The notes under the pieces: generated by a model
Told to the model about the DNA's origin: nothing
The model's database searches: none
Seen by the model: only the letters and a program-made list of their open reading frames with translations
NCBI GenBank assembly: GCA_045046875.1
Contig: JASFYY010000063.1
Span: 1-45,181 of the forward strand
Direction of reading: 5' to 3'
DNA length: 45,181 nucleotides
Origin: Verrucomicrobiota bacterium
GTDB lineage: Bacteria > Verrucomicrobiota > Verrucomicrobiia > Verrucomicrobiales > DEV007
Part shown: in pieces, positions 17,811-26,615 of the stretch
Position numbering within the stretch: position 1 is the stretch's first letter
How the letters are laid out: each line of letters opens with the position of its first letter
Position numbers and translations under genes: made by a program

Positions 17811-18193
17811 CCCAGGACTTCAAGCACGATTTTCAGGAGAGATCGGGCAGCTCCGCTTGGCTTACTGGTGCCATGCTCCCATTTATGCAGGGTTTTTGGG
17901 CTGATTCTTAGGAATGAGGCAAATTTTGTTTGGGTCATTTTCAGCATGTGCCGAATTGCAATAGGATCAGGTGATGTGGCGGGAGAAATAGGAGTGGGCA
18001 GTTTTCTGCTAATTTGAGCTGCCGACTCAACGCATTCAATGGCGATTTCTTCGCATTCTCGATACACTTCGATCGGATCATTTCCATGGCAGCAATCACC
18101 CACTAAATCGTGGACGCTTCCGATGTAAGCGTTATCTTCTTCACTCCAGCGTATGGTTTTCGCATAACTCGCGGCAAGTTTTTTAGTGTCCAT
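17807..18193 (-). CDS. HicB-like antitoxin N-domain fused to an XRE-type HTH
   Basis: Y...IRWSEEDNAYIGSVHDLVGDCCHG (HicB-like) and IRHMLKMTQTKFASFLRISPKTLHKWEHGTSKPSGAARSLL (XRE HTH); RBS AAAGGAG. Confidence 0.78.
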   Translation of the reverse strand: MDTKKLAASYAKTIRWSEEDNAYIGSVHDLVGDCCHGNDPIEVYRECEEIAIECVESAAQISRKLPTPISPATSPDPIAIRHMLKMTQTKFASFLRISPKTLHKWEHGTSKPSGAARSLLKIVLEVLG

Positions 18194-18204
18194 TATTATT
18201 CTCC

Positions 18205-18387
18205 TTTCGCCCTTTTAGGGCTGGCAATAAAGACGATTTAACCCCAGCGCTTCGCACTGGGCTATATCATTGAGCACCGTTGGTGCAAAAGAGATGAAAG
18301 CAAACTGTCCTGTAAGGACAAAATGAGACAGCCCGGTGCGAAGCGCTGGGTAAAAAATCCAATTCTTCCAGTCCTGCAAGGGCGAAA
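18205..18387. repeat. REPIN/BIME-like composite inverted repeat (~183 bp)
   Basis: Outer arms 18205-18224 / 18368-18387 match 17/20; inner arms 18243-18263 / 18330-18350 match 20/21; small palindromes gcaccgttggtgc and tgtcctgtaaggaca inside. Confidence 0.85.
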
Positions 18388-18449
18388 CGCATAGCAGACA
18401 GCATTAACTTTTTTGTCTTACACCCACTAGAAGGGGGTTCTAGGGATGC

Positions 18450-19655
18450 TTAACGCTCTTGCAGCATTTGGATCAGTAGGGTATTGCCCCAGTGGTTGGT
18501 TAGGGTGATCAACAACGCGGCAAGTATTAGGCTGGCGGTGGCGATGAGGAAAAGTTCGGCGATGACAAAACCGGCGGTGGTGAGGCGTCCGCATCCGAGG
18601 CGGAAGATGGTGGTGAGTTCCCGTGCGCGCAGGCGTAGGCTGAGGATGAATACTAACAAGATAGTGAGGGCGGTGGAGATGGCGACGACCACGATGACGA
18701 GGTCGAGCACGGTTTTGATGCGGAAGATGGCATCGATCAGTTCCTGCATGATGAGCGGGGGACGAATGAGTTGCAGGGTTTGAGTCTGGGACGGGCTTTG
18801 ATAACGTCCGAGTAACAGGGCTTTGGATTTATCATCCTTGGGAACGATGATCGCCGAGCTGATGGGGAAACCTGCATCGTTGCCGTGGAAGTGAAAGCTG
18901 GCTAGATTTTCGGCAGTGATTTCGATGTAAGTGATCAGCTTGGCATTGGCGGTGACAGTGTTTTTATCAGCGGATTTCAAGGTGAGGTCGGGATCTTTGT
19001 TTTTGTTGAGATCCTGATGCCCGTGGCCGAGGCCGGCGATAACCCAGGAGGTGCGAAGATCGACAAACACGGCTTCGTCGTCTGCGGTGCCGGTGGCGGC
19101 GAGCACACCGGTGACTTTCATTTTCAGCGGGTATTGTCCGGCGATGTCGATGAAGTTTTCGGGGGTGGAGACCAGTGAATCCCCGGCGCTGCAGTTGAGC
19201 CTGCGGGCGGCGGTTGCGCCGACGACGGCTTCGCCGAGCATCGCCATCAAGCGTCCGTCTTTGAGACTTAGTTGGCGGTGGTCGAAATAGTCGAGAGTGG
19301 TCCCTACGATGCGGAAGTCACCGACACGAAAGCCGGTGTGCAAGGGAATGGCGGTGGCGAGTCCGCTTTGATCGATGTTGATGGCGTCTTGATAGGTGAT
19401 GGAGGCGGGCTGTTTGGCGACAAAGTAGAGATTGCTCATTGCCAGGTCGAGCGAGCTGCCGGGGGCACCGAGGATGAGCGGGGTGTCGTCGGCACGTGAA
19501 CTGAGTTGCTCGCGACTTTGGTTGACTATGATATTAAGAAAAACAGGAACAAAGAGAATGATGGCGAGAGCGATGATCAGGATCAGGCTACGCCCTTTGT
19601 GATACACCAGGTAGCGCCCGGCGATGAAAAAGCTGTTCACAATGGCTTTGATCAT
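18450..19655 (-). CDS. ABC transporter permease, MacB/FtsX-like
   Basis: One N-terminal TM, large periplasmic domain (LILGAPGSSLDL, IVGTTLDYF, EAVVGA), C-terminal TMs with R.REL..FRLG. Confidence 0.85.
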   Translation of the reverse strand: MIKAIVNSFFIAGRYLVYHKGRSLILIIALAIILFVPVFLNIIVNQSREQLSSRADDTPLILGAPGSSLDLAMSNLYFVAKQPASITYQDAINIDQSGLATAIPLHTGFRVGDFRIVGTTLDYFDHRQLSLKDGRLMAMLGEAVVGATAARRLNCSAGDSLVSTPENFIDIAGQYPLKMKVTGVLAATGTADDEAVFVDLRTSWVIAGLGHGHQDLNKNKDPDLTLKSADKNTVTANAKLITYIEITAENLASFHFHGNDAGFPISSAIIVPKDDKSKALLLGRYQSPSQTQTLQLIRPPLIMQELIDAIFRIKTVLDLVIVVVAISTALTILLVFILSLRLRARELTTIFRLGCGRLTTAGFVIAELFLIATASLILAALLITLTNHWGNTLLIQMLQER

Positions 19656-20320
19656 GATCCGATGAGTTTTGGGAAATCGACGACCTGGTCGAATGAGGGC
19701 AACAGGTCGTGATCGTGGGTGGCTACGATGAGGGCGGCTTGATTCTCCCTAGCGTGGTCGAGCAGAATGTCGAGGATGGCGGACTTGTTGGAGGGATCGA
19801 GGTTGCCGGTGGGTTCGTCAGCGAGAATGATCGAAGGTTGAGTGACCAAAGCGCGGCAGATGGCGGCGCGTTGTTGCTCGCCTTGTGAGGTTTGTGCAGG
19901 ATGGCGGTAAAGCTTTTCGCCGATCCCCATTTGCTCTGCGAGGCTGCGCGCCCGGTCTTTCACTTCGCGGGTGAGGCTGAGACTGGCGTTGATGCGGTAG
20001 GGGTGGAGGATGTTGTCGAAGAGATTGAGGTAATCGAGCAGAGCAAAGTCTTGGAAAACAAAGCCGATTTTACTGATGCGGAAGAGCCGCCGTTGGCGGT
20101 CGTTGAGCTGGTCGATGCGGGTGTCGTTGATCAAAATTTGCCCATTGCGAGCGGGTAGGATGCCGGCGATGAGGTGGAGCAGGGTGGTCTTGCCACAGCC
20201 ACTGGGTCCGATCAGTGCGGTGCTTTGCGTCGATGGGATTTTGAGGTCTGCGGAGGCGATTTTAAAATCACCTGAGCGGCCTTCTCCGTACTGGAATTCG
20301 ACTGACGAAAGCTGGATCAC
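19652..20320 (-). CDS. ABC transporter ATP-binding protein (LolD/MacB-like)
   Basis: GPSGCGKTT, SQGEQQR, ILADEPTGNLD, ATHD. Confidence 0.93.
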   Translation of the reverse strand: MIQLSSVEFQYGEGRSGDFKIASADLKIPSTQSTALIGPSGCGKTTLLHLIAGILPARNGQILINDTRIDQLNDRQRRLFRISKIGFVFQDFALLDYLNLFDNILHPYRINASLSLTREVKDRARSLAEQMGIGEKLYRHPAQTSQGEQQRAAICRALVTQPSIILADEPTGNLDPSNKSAILDILLDHARENQAALIVATHDHDLLPSFDQVVDFPKLIGS

Positions 20321-21225
20321 GGGACAAATACAGGGCGCAGGTTTTTGATGTTTTGCTGCATGACGCTGAGAAAATCACCTGAGCCAGGTTGATTGGCACA
20401 GGGTTCGAAGACCACACTGCCAAGTCCCATTTTTTTCAAACGTTGCACGCTTTTTTCCAGTGGAGGGCCTTCCCATATCATCCATTGGGCGGGATGGGTG
20501 GTGAGAATTTTTTCAAGAGCTTGCCATTGCTCTTCATCAGGGTAAACATCGGGCTCCCACAGCACGGCTTGAATATCGAGATTGTAAGCGCGGGCAAAAT
20601 ATTGATAAATGGGGTGTGAGGCGACGAGTTGCAGTTGGGGTTTGTTATTGGTGAGTTTTTTGAGTTTTGTATCCAAGCCGTCTAGGTCGCTGATCAGGCT
20701 TTTGAGATGGTGGGCCCAATCTGGGTTGGCAGTTGGATCGAGGGCACCTGCTAATGATTGGGCTTGGCGGGCGGCTAATGAAAGATCAATCCAGGTGGTG
20801 AAAACAATGCCGTTGTGGCTGTGCGGGCCTTTGGGGCCATGTTGGTGGGTGACTTCATTTTCAATATTGATCCATTGATCCTGAAATGAGGCAGAGGTGT
20901 CTACGATGCGGCGGCGTGGCACGGTGACGGTGTTGAGCCACTTCTCATAGGTCGCTCCGTTGAGGATCAGGGGATTGCATTGCTGGACGATGGAGATGTC
21001 TTCAGCGGTCGGTTGCCAGAATGCGGGGTCACCGCTGATTTTCGGGAAGTAGATTTGTCCGGGATCGGCGCTGAGGCGGCGAGCGAAATAAGCGAGCGGG
21101 TAGTTGGAAACGAAGACTTTTGATTCGGCAGCAGGGGCGCTGTTTGTTTTTTCTGATTCCGAATCACAGGATATCAGTAGGCTGAGGGCGGCGATTGCCC
21201 AGCAGATGGAATGCAGTTGTTTCAT
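20317..21225 (-). CDS. Metal ABC transporter substrate-binding lipoprotein (ZnuA/TroA-like)
   Basis: Lipobox LISC, SNYPL, LILNGATYEKW, His-rich loop THQHGPKGPHSH, SHPIYQYFARAY. Confidence 0.85.
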   Translation of the reverse strand: MKQLHSICWAIAALSLLISCDSESEKTNSAPAAESKVFVSNYPLAYFARRLSADPGQIYFPKISGDPAFWQPTAEDISIVQQCNPLILNGATYEKWLNTVTVPRRRIVDTSASFQDQWINIENEVTHQHGPKGPHSHNGIVFTTWIDLSLAARQAQSLAGALDPTANPDWAHHLKSLISDLDGLDTKLKKLTNNKPQLQLVASHPIYQYFARAYNLDIQAVLWEPDVYPDEEQWQALEKILTTHPAQWMIWEGPPLEKSVQRLKKMGLGSVVFEPCANQPGSGDFLSVMQQNIKNLRPVFVP

Positions 21226-21836
21226 TCTTCCATGTTTTCATTTTTGTCGGCCAGGGTAGAGATGGCACCACGAACCACAGAGCCGGTGAAGATCATCGCC
21301 CAGCCGTCGAAGATCAGGTTGATACCGAACAGAACGCCGATCGCCCAGGCTCCGGAGAGTGGCCAGTCTCTCCATAACATCAGGCCGAGCAGCAGGGTGA
21401 TGATACCGCTGAAAAGAACCCAGCCCCAGCCGGATTCGGGTTTATGTTTGAAGGCATACATGATTTTAACCAGCCCGTCGGCGACGAAGTAGCCGATCAG
21501 GATGAGGGTGAGCAGGCTGAGACCAAGAAGGGGTTTGGCAAACATCAGGCCACCGCAGAGGATCGCCAGCAGTCCACTGAGGAAGGCAAAAACGGGTTTG
21601 TTCTGTCCACCACCCTGGAAGGCGTGCAGGGTTTGGAAAATACCGCCGAACAAAATGGCTGCACCGACAAAATATTGGATCGCCACTCCGGCGAAGAGGG
21701 GGGAGCTGATGGCAAACATGCCCAGCAGGATAGTGATGATGCCGAGGGCGACGACCCAACCAGCGCTTTTTTTAACAACTTTGGATAGCTCTTGCGAGGG
21801 ATCACTCGGCGCTGGTTCGGTTTGGATAGGATTCAT
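21222..21836 (-). CDS. HdeD/DUF308-family membrane protein
   Basis: Six hydrophobic segments, WGWVLFSGIITLLLG, WPLSGAWAIGVLFGINLIFDG; start at ATG 21836 (MNPIQTE). Confidence 0.85.
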   Translation of the reverse strand: MNPIQTEPAPSDPSQELSKVVKKSAGWVVALGIITILLGMFAISSPLFAGVAIQYFVGAAILFGGIFQTLHAFQGGGQNKPVFAFLSGLLAILCGGLMFAKPLLGLSLLTLILIGYFVADGLVKIMYAFKHKPESGWGWVLFSGIITLLLGLMLWRDWPLSGAWAIGVLFGINLIFDGWAMIFTGSVVRGAISTLADKNENMEE

Positions 21837-21932
21837 GGAGACAGTGTCTTGGTTGGTGACAAATTGTCCAGCAGTGTTTAATGAAAAAAATACGGACTGG
21901 TCGCATGAAATTTCATGTATATATTCACAACG

Positions 21933-23015
21933 ATGGCAGATGATCACAGCGTGCAAAAGGAGGGAGTGGGAGAAGCTGAGATGCTGAATCTGAACCGGGT
22001 GCTGTTGGTGGATGATAATCCGACCAACTTGCAGGTTTTGTATCAGGCTTTGGAGGAGCAAGGGTATGAATTGCTGATTGCGCAGAGCGGCGAGGAGGCA
22101 TTGGAGATTGCAGGCGCTGCGAAACCTGCGCTCATTTTGCTCGATATCAATATGCCGGGCATGGATGGTTTTGAAACCTGTGAGCGACTGAAGGCTGATG
22201 AGGCGACCAAGGAGATTGTGATTATTTTTCTGTCGGCAAGGGATCAGGTGCAGGACAAGGTGAAGGGGCTGCAACTGGGGGCGGTGGATTATGTCAGCAA
22301 GCCGTTTCAATTCGAAGAAGTGGTGGCGCGGGTAAATACCCAGCTCGAGCTGAGGCGGGCGAAGGAGGAGCTACGCAGGATGCATCAGCAAGCGGATTCG
22401 TTGTTGTTGAACATCTTGCCGCGTTCGATTGCCGAACGTTTGAAGGAAAGTGAGCGTAACATTGTGGATAGTTTCCCCGAGGCGACGATTTTGTTTTGTG
22501 ATCTGGTGGGATTCACACCTATGGCTTCGCAGACCACACCGAGGGAGTTGGTGCAATTTTTGAACGGTATTTTTTCTGAACTGGATCAACTGGCGGGCAA
22601 ATACGGATTGGAGAAGATCAAAACGATAGGTGATGCCTACATGGCGGCGGGCGGGGTGCCCGACCCTCGTCCCGATCATGCGACAGCAGTGGCGGATTTT
22701 GCGCTGGAGTTGCTGCAGCGTTTACCCTCTTTGTCTGAACGCATGGATCTGCCGGTGAAGTTGCGGATAGGCATTCATAGTGGGCCGGTGGTGGCTGGGG
22801 TGATTGGTGAGAAGAAGTTTGCTTATGATCTATGGGGTGACACGGTGAACACAGCGAGTCGGATGGAATCAAGTGGTGGAGAGAATCGTATACATATCAG
22901 CCGGGTGACTCATGATTTGTTGGCGGATGTTTATGAATTTGAGCAACGCGGTAATGTGACGATTAAAGGCAAGGGGGAAATGGAGACTTATTATTTGCTG
23001 AATAAAAAAGCGTGA
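21933..23015 (+). CDS. Response regulator receiver fused to class III adenylate cyclase
   Basis: REC (LLVDD, LLDINMP, KPF); cyclase FCDLVGFT, EKIKTIGDAYM, YDLWGDTVNTASRMES, IKGKG; start could also be 21915 or 21981. Confidence 0.93.
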   Translation: MADDHSVQKEGVGEAEMLNLNRVLLVDDNPTNLQVLYQALEEQGYELLIAQSGEEALEIAGAAKPALILLDINMPGMDGFETCERLKADEATKEIVIIFLSARDQVQDKVKGLQLGAVDYVSKPFQFEEVVARVNTQLELRRAKEELRRMHQQADSLLLNILPRSIAERLKESERNIVDSFPEATILFCDLVGFTPMASQTTPRELVQFLNGIFSELDQLAGKYGLEKIKTIGDAYMAAGGVPDPRPDHATAVADFALELLQRLPSLSERMDLPVKLRIGIHSGPVVAGVIGEKKFAYDLWGDTVNTASRMESSGGENRIHISRVTHDLLADVYEFEQRGNVTIKGKGEMETYYLLNKKA

Positions 23016-23031
23016 GAGACGGGAACTGAAA

Positions 23032-25611
23032 ATGACACAATCTATTCGCAATAAAATGATGCTGTTCATCGCGGTTCCCACCGTCGCGATTTATATCGGG
23101 GTGATGGTGTGGATCATGGTATTTTCGAAAGGACAGGCTCATCGTTTTCATCATCAGGAAATGAAAGACCGGGCGGAGACGGCAGCCTCGCGTTTTGATG
23201 ATTATATTTCCAAGGTTGCGAGAGTGAGCGAGATCACTGCGGGTTTTGTCTCCTGGGTGCCGGAACTTTCAGATGAGCAGGTGTTTGGCATCGTCGAAGA
23301 TCTGGTATCGGAGAATAGCCGGATTTATGGGGCAGGTTTGGCTTTTGAACCGGGGACTTTGAAGCCTGAGGGCACCTTATTCAGTCCTTACGCCTACAGA
23401 GTGGATGGTAAGGCGGTGAGCAAGAATATCAGCAAGGAGGTGTATGACTGGTATGGGGATGAAAAATGGCAGTGGTGGCATTTGCCTAAGAAGTTAGGCA
23501 AAGGGGTGTGGACCGAGCCTTATTTTGACAAGGGCGCAGGAGATGTGCTGATGATAACTTATTCAACCCCTTTTTATAAGGAGGGTAAATTTTACGGAGT
23601 GGCCACTACCGATATAGATCTGGAAACGCTGTATGAAAATGTAGGGCATAAAATTGCCGGCAAGCGTGAGTTTTATATTTTGTCCAAGGACGGGAGGTTT
23701 GTGTTTTCACCGCACACGGAGGAGATCATGAATAAGAGTGCTTTTGAGGTGCTGGAGAGTGAAGGTCGTTCAGATCTTGCTGACGAACTTCAACAAATGC
23801 TGAAAGGGGAAAGTGGAATAGTGACGGTAGGGGCTTTGTTTGAGAGTGAGCGTCACATGTATGCTTATGCTCCGATCCCTTCGACGGATTGGACCTTTGT
23901 TGCCTACATGCCTGAGTCCGAGGCTTTGTCAGGTTTTCGCCAGAATATGGTGTATGTGGTGAGCGCTTTTGTGGCCGCTCTGCTGTTGATTCTGACGACG
24001 ATATGGATTGTCTCAAAACGTCTCACCCAACCGATTGAAAAACTTAGGGATACGGTGTTGAAGGTGGCGGACGGAGATTTGGATGCTCAAGTGGACGGTA
24101 ATTTTGCCAATGATGAGATTGGCGATTTGGCGAAAAATTTCAATCGCATGACCACCGAACTGAAGGGGCAGGTGTTGCGCCTCGCTCGTGAGGAAGCGGG
24201 GCGTGAAGAAGCCGAGGAGGAGAGTCGGGCGAACAGTGATTTTTTATCTCACATGAGTCATGAATTGCGTACCCCGCTGAATGGGATTCTTGGTTACGCG
24301 CAGATTTTGCAAAGAGATAAAGACCTGCCAACGAGACAACGTGGCAGTGTGGATTCGATTATCAATTGTGGGGATCACTTGTTGTCATTGATCAATGACG
24401 TGTTGGATTTATCAAAAAGCAAAGCGGGTCATCTTGAATTGGATTTGGCCCCTTGTGATTTGAAAAAGCTCACCACAGAGGTGGGCGATATTGTGGGGCA
24501 GCGCGCTCGCAACAAGCGGGTAGATTTTGCCGTGGAGGTTTCAGAGGGAGTTCCACGCACCATTATTTCCGATGCGGCTAAGATTCGTCAGATACTGGTG
24601 AATTTGTTGGGTAATGCTGTGAAGTTCACTGCAAGAGGTAGTGTGAAGTTGCGTGTGTTTAAATCAACAGAGGAGTTGCTGCAATTCGATATTACGGATA
24701 CCGGGGTGGGGATGAGCAAAAAAGAGATGGGACAGATTTTTGATCCTTTCAAACAGGTGAAGGCGGGCAAGGCAGCGGGTGGTACAGGATTGGGGTTGGC
24801 AATCACTGAGCGATTGGTAGCCTTGTTGGGGGGGGAGGTCAGCGTGGTCAGCGAGGTGGGCGAGGGTAGCACTTTTAGTGTGGTGATCCCTTTGCAGCGA
24901 GCGCCCGAGGAAGAGTTGGCTCGACTGGAAGCAGAGAGTGACAGGAATCGTCAGGTATCGAGATTGGCACCTGGGCAAAAGGCGACCATTTTGGTTGCGG
25001 ATGATCGTTTTGAGAATCGGGAGATTTTGAATCAATTATTGCTCAGTGCCGGATTTGATGTGTTGATGGCCGATGATGGAGATGTGGCGGTGGAAGAGGC
25101 TAAAAAAGGCGGAGTGGATCTCATTTTGATGGATGTTTATATGCCCAGGATGAGCGGTATGCGGGCGGTGCAGATTATTCGTCAGGATGAGGATTTGAAG
25201 GGGATCAAGATCGTGGCGGTGACGGCCAGTGTTTCGCTTGAGTTTCGCCAGAAAGCCCAGGATGCCGGATTTGATGATTTCATGGGCAAGCCTTTTTGGG
25301 TCGGTGAACTGATGCGCATTTTACAAAGGCATCTGGATGTGGAGTTCGAATGTGATGAAAACGAGGAGGGGGATTGTGACTCCATCGAGGAGGGTGGGGA
25401 TTTAGCTGAGCTGGAGTTGAGCGGAGTATCCAGATCCTTGGTGGAGAAATTAAATGCGGCGATGAAGATTCGTAATTTGACGGCGATTAAAGAACTTGCG
25501 AAAGAGTTGGAGGCGGACGGGGATCATTCCGCTTTGGCACAAGAAATTTTGAAATTATCCGCAGCTTTTGATTTTAAAGAATTAGGAAATTTGGTCGAAA
25601 AAATAAAGTGA
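23032..25611 (+). CDS. Hybrid sensor histidine kinase (dCache-HAMP-HisKA-HATPase-REC)
   Basis: Two TMs flanking dCache (WTEPYFD), HAMP (DEIGDLAKNFNRM), MSHELRTPLN, NLLGNAVKFT, DTGVG, GTGLGL, REC LMDVYMP. Confidence 0.94.
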   Translation: MTQSIRNKMMLFIAVPTVAIYIGVMVWIMVFSKGQAHRFHHQEMKDRAETAASRFDDYISKVARVSEITAGFVSWVPELSDEQVFGIVEDLVSENSRIYGAGLAFEPGTLKPEGTLFSPYAYRVDGKAVSKNISKEVYDWYGDEKWQWWHLPKKLGKGVWTEPYFDKGAGDVLMITYSTPFYKEGKFYGVATTDIDLETLYENVGHKIAGKREFYILSKDGRFVFSPHTEEIMNKSAFEVLESEGRSDLADELQQMLKGESGIVTVGALFESERHMYAYAPIPSTDWTFVAYMPESEALSGFRQNMVYVVSAFVAALLLILTTIWIVSKRLTQPIEKLRDTVLKVADGDLDAQVDGNFANDEIGDLAKNFNRMTTELKGQVLRLAREEAGREEAEEESRANSDFLSHMSHELRTPLNGILGYAQILQRDKDLPTRQRGSVDSIINCGDHLLSLINDVLDLSKSKAGHLELDLAPCDLKKLTTEVGDIVGQRARNKRVDFAVEVSEGVPRTIISDAAKIRQILVNLLGNAVKFTARGSVKLRVFKSTEELLQFDITDTGVGMSKKEMGQIFDPFKQVKAGKAAGGTGLGLAITERLVALLGGEVSVVSEVGEGSTFSVVIPLQRAPEEELARLEAESDRNRQVSRLAPGQKATILVADDRFENREILNQLLLSAGFDVLMADDGDVAVEEAKKGGVDLILMDVYMPRMSGMRAVQIIRQDEDLKGIKIVAVTASVSLEFRQKAQDAGFDDFMGKPFWVGELMRILQRHLDVEFECDENEEGDCDSIEEGGDLAELELSGVSRSLVEKLNAAMKIRNLTAIKELAKELEADGDHSALAQEILKLSAAFDFKELGNLVEKIK

Positions 25612-25612
25612 T

Positions 25613-26554
25613 ATGAGCAGTGTTTCTGAAAATACCGTTGAGAGGAAAAGTCGCGTATTGTTGGTGGACGATAATCTAACCAATTTGCAGGTGCTGTTTC
25701 AGGCTTTGGAACAGGAGGGTTACGAATTGTTGGTAGCTCAATCGGGTGAAGAGGCGCTGGATATAGCCAGGGAGGCTTGTCCTGACCTGATCCTATTGGA
25801 TATCAATATGCCGGGTATCGATGGCTATCAGACCTGCGTCCAGTTGAAAGAGGATGAGAAAACCCGGGATAGTGTGATTGTTTTCCTCTCGGCTAGAGGA
25901 GATACGGCGGACAAGGTGAGGGGGTTGGAAATAGGGGCGGTGGATTATATCGACAAACCTTTCCAGTTTGAAGAGGTGCTGGCGCGGGTGCGCAAACACC
26001 TTGAAATTCATGCGCGTGAACGACAGTTGGAGCAGGCCAATGAGGAACTTGAGGCTCGTTTGGGGGAAGGTTTTCGGGATTTAAATGATGCAAGTGTGGC
26101 GACGGTGATTAACGAGGGGGAGAGTGACCAATTGGAGTTCAAGTCTACTTTGCGCTGGAATTTACATACTAACAAATCAGATAAGCGTATGGAGAACGCT
26201 TGTCTGAAAACCATCGCAGCTTATTTGAATTCGGGTGGTGGCACATTGATGGTAGGGGTGGATGACGAGGGCGTGGCGTTGGGATTGGAGACGGATAAAT
26301 TTTCCAATGAGGACAAATTGTTACTGCATCTGAATACCCTGATCATGAATCATCTGGGTGGTGAGTTTGCGCAATTGATCAAAGCGACGATTCATACGGT
26401 GGATGAGCAGCGGGTGCTGGTGGTGCAATGTTTGCACTCGGTAGAGCCAGTATTTTTCCGCCGTGACAATGACGAATATTTTTATGTGCGCACGGGACCC
26501 GCCACGGCGGCTTTGTCGCCGAGTGAAGTGATCGCTTATTTGAAGGGACGGTGA
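25613..26554 (+). CDS. Response regulator receiver fused to Schlafen/AlbA_2 domain
   Basis: REC (LLVDD, LLDINMP, KPF), coiled-coil linker, then GESDQLEFKS...KTIAAYLNSGGGTLMVGVDDEG...FYVRTG. Confidence 0.88.
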   Translation: MSSVSENTVERKSRVLLVDDNLTNLQVLFQALEQEGYELLVAQSGEEALDIAREACPDLILLDINMPGIDGYQTCVQLKEDEKTRDSVIVFLSARGDTADKVRGLEIGAVDYIDKPFQFEEVLARVRKHLEIHARERQLEQANEELEARLGEGFRDLNDASVATVINEGESDQLEFKSTLRWNLHTNKSDKRMENACLKTIAAYLNSGGGTLMVGVDDEGVALGLETDKFSNEDKLLLHLNTLIMNHLGGEFAQLIKATIHTVDEQRVLVVQCLHSVEPVFFRRDNDEYFYVRTGPATAALSPSEVIAYLKGR

Positions 26555-26615
26555 GAGGGAGCCGCGATTGGGCGTTAATAGACGTGATTGCTTTTAAGTT
26601 TGAACCCTGCTGCTT

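Noticed and set aside
21837..22310. N-terminal extension of the 362-aa minus ORF (MKRLADIIHRPQ...)
   Set aside because: It is the antisense shadow of the cyclase receiver domain; the HdeD-like protein starts near 21836.
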